From contig NC_067399.1 in NCBI RefSeq assembly GCF_016432865.1, forward strand, positions 507,532,001 to 507,596,000: a stretch of DNA of 64,000 nt, read 5' to 3'. Below are positions 63,366 through 64,000 of this stretch, one piece after another. The notes below the pieces were generated by a model, which saw only the letters and a program-made list of their open reading frames with translations, ran no database searches and was not told the origin of the DNA. Each line of letters opens with the position of its first letter. Positions within the stretch are counted from its first letter, which is position 1. Position numbers and translations under genes: made by a program. The DNA comes from Antechinus flavipes (Eukaryota).

Positions 63366-64000
63366 GTAAGTTGATAGTAAAGCTGACATATGAGTATTAC
63401 AATTGAGAGTCAGTAGCTAACTTATTTGATAGGTCCCTTTCATGAGATTCAAGCTCAACTATGCTAATAGCAACATAGTAAGACCATTTATAAACCGGGC
63501 ATTACATTTAATTCTACACTTTATGCATGAGATTAGCAACGTTTCAAAGGTTCCATTGTCAATCACTCAATTAACTGTTTTCCAAATAGAATCAGAGGCT
63601 GACTATTCTTTTAGTAAGGGAAATTTTGAAAGATGGTGGCTAATTACATATTGCTCTGTGTTTCCAAAAAGTCACTGTCATATGGTCCAGTTGAATCATA
63701 ATGGCAGTGGCTCACCTTAAGACATAAAAGTGAAATAGAAAGAAGAAATACTTATTCCTAAACCTCTGATTGCAATAATATTTGGGTGGAAGTTGGGGAC
63801 AGAATAGGGGGATAATATGGGATAGATTCTCATTCCTGTCCCTTTTTAAGAATGGCAAATTTTCTTTGGAGAGTTCATACCTTAAGCCTAATTAATTAAT
63901 TAAGAGTGGGTCACTGAGTAGCAGAAAATGATTTGCTAGAATCATAAAATCTCATTATTCGAAGGAACCACAGAGGCCATTTTGTTCAACCCGACCAGAA

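Overview
AT-rich, CpG-poor vertebrate genomic DNA. Its repeats (WSINE1/MAR1-type CORE-SINEs, RTE LINEs, dasyurid-type L1 3' ends, a 7SL retrocopy) point to a marsupial, probably a dasyurid such as the Tasmanian devil; the species is an inference. The whole window lies inside COL5A1 (collagen V alpha 1) on the + strand. Ten coding exons were located by hand with exact GT-AG boundaries. They are orthologous to human exons 5-14, total 1068 nt (356 codons) and are all phase 0. They encode the end of the TSPN/PARP domain, the acidic Tyr-rich variable region, the short COL3/COL2 helices, NC2 and the start of the major helix. Exons 4 and 15 were not found, so the window runs from intron 4 into intron 14. 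The rest is intron, filled with decayed L1, L2, L3/CR1, RTE, SINE and DNA-transposon fragments, one antisense solo LTR with a 6-bp TSD, microsatellites and three N-gaps. Almost all ORFs in the supplied track are spurious or repeat-derived. No wholly new biological system is supported by the sequence. The best leads are four. (1) A 96-nt splice-site-bounded, stop-containing segment 57 nt after exon 6 that resembles a relic or poison version of the basic COL11A1 exon 6B. (2) A CTCF-like site with its upstream module in intron 11. (3) A CpG-retaining palindromic cluster of CREB3L1/ATF6-type CCACG motifs about 1 kb further on. (4) A HOX/homeodomain motif cluster in intron 13. Repeat family names and comparisons to human proteins are from memory, not database searches; repeat coordinates are approximate.
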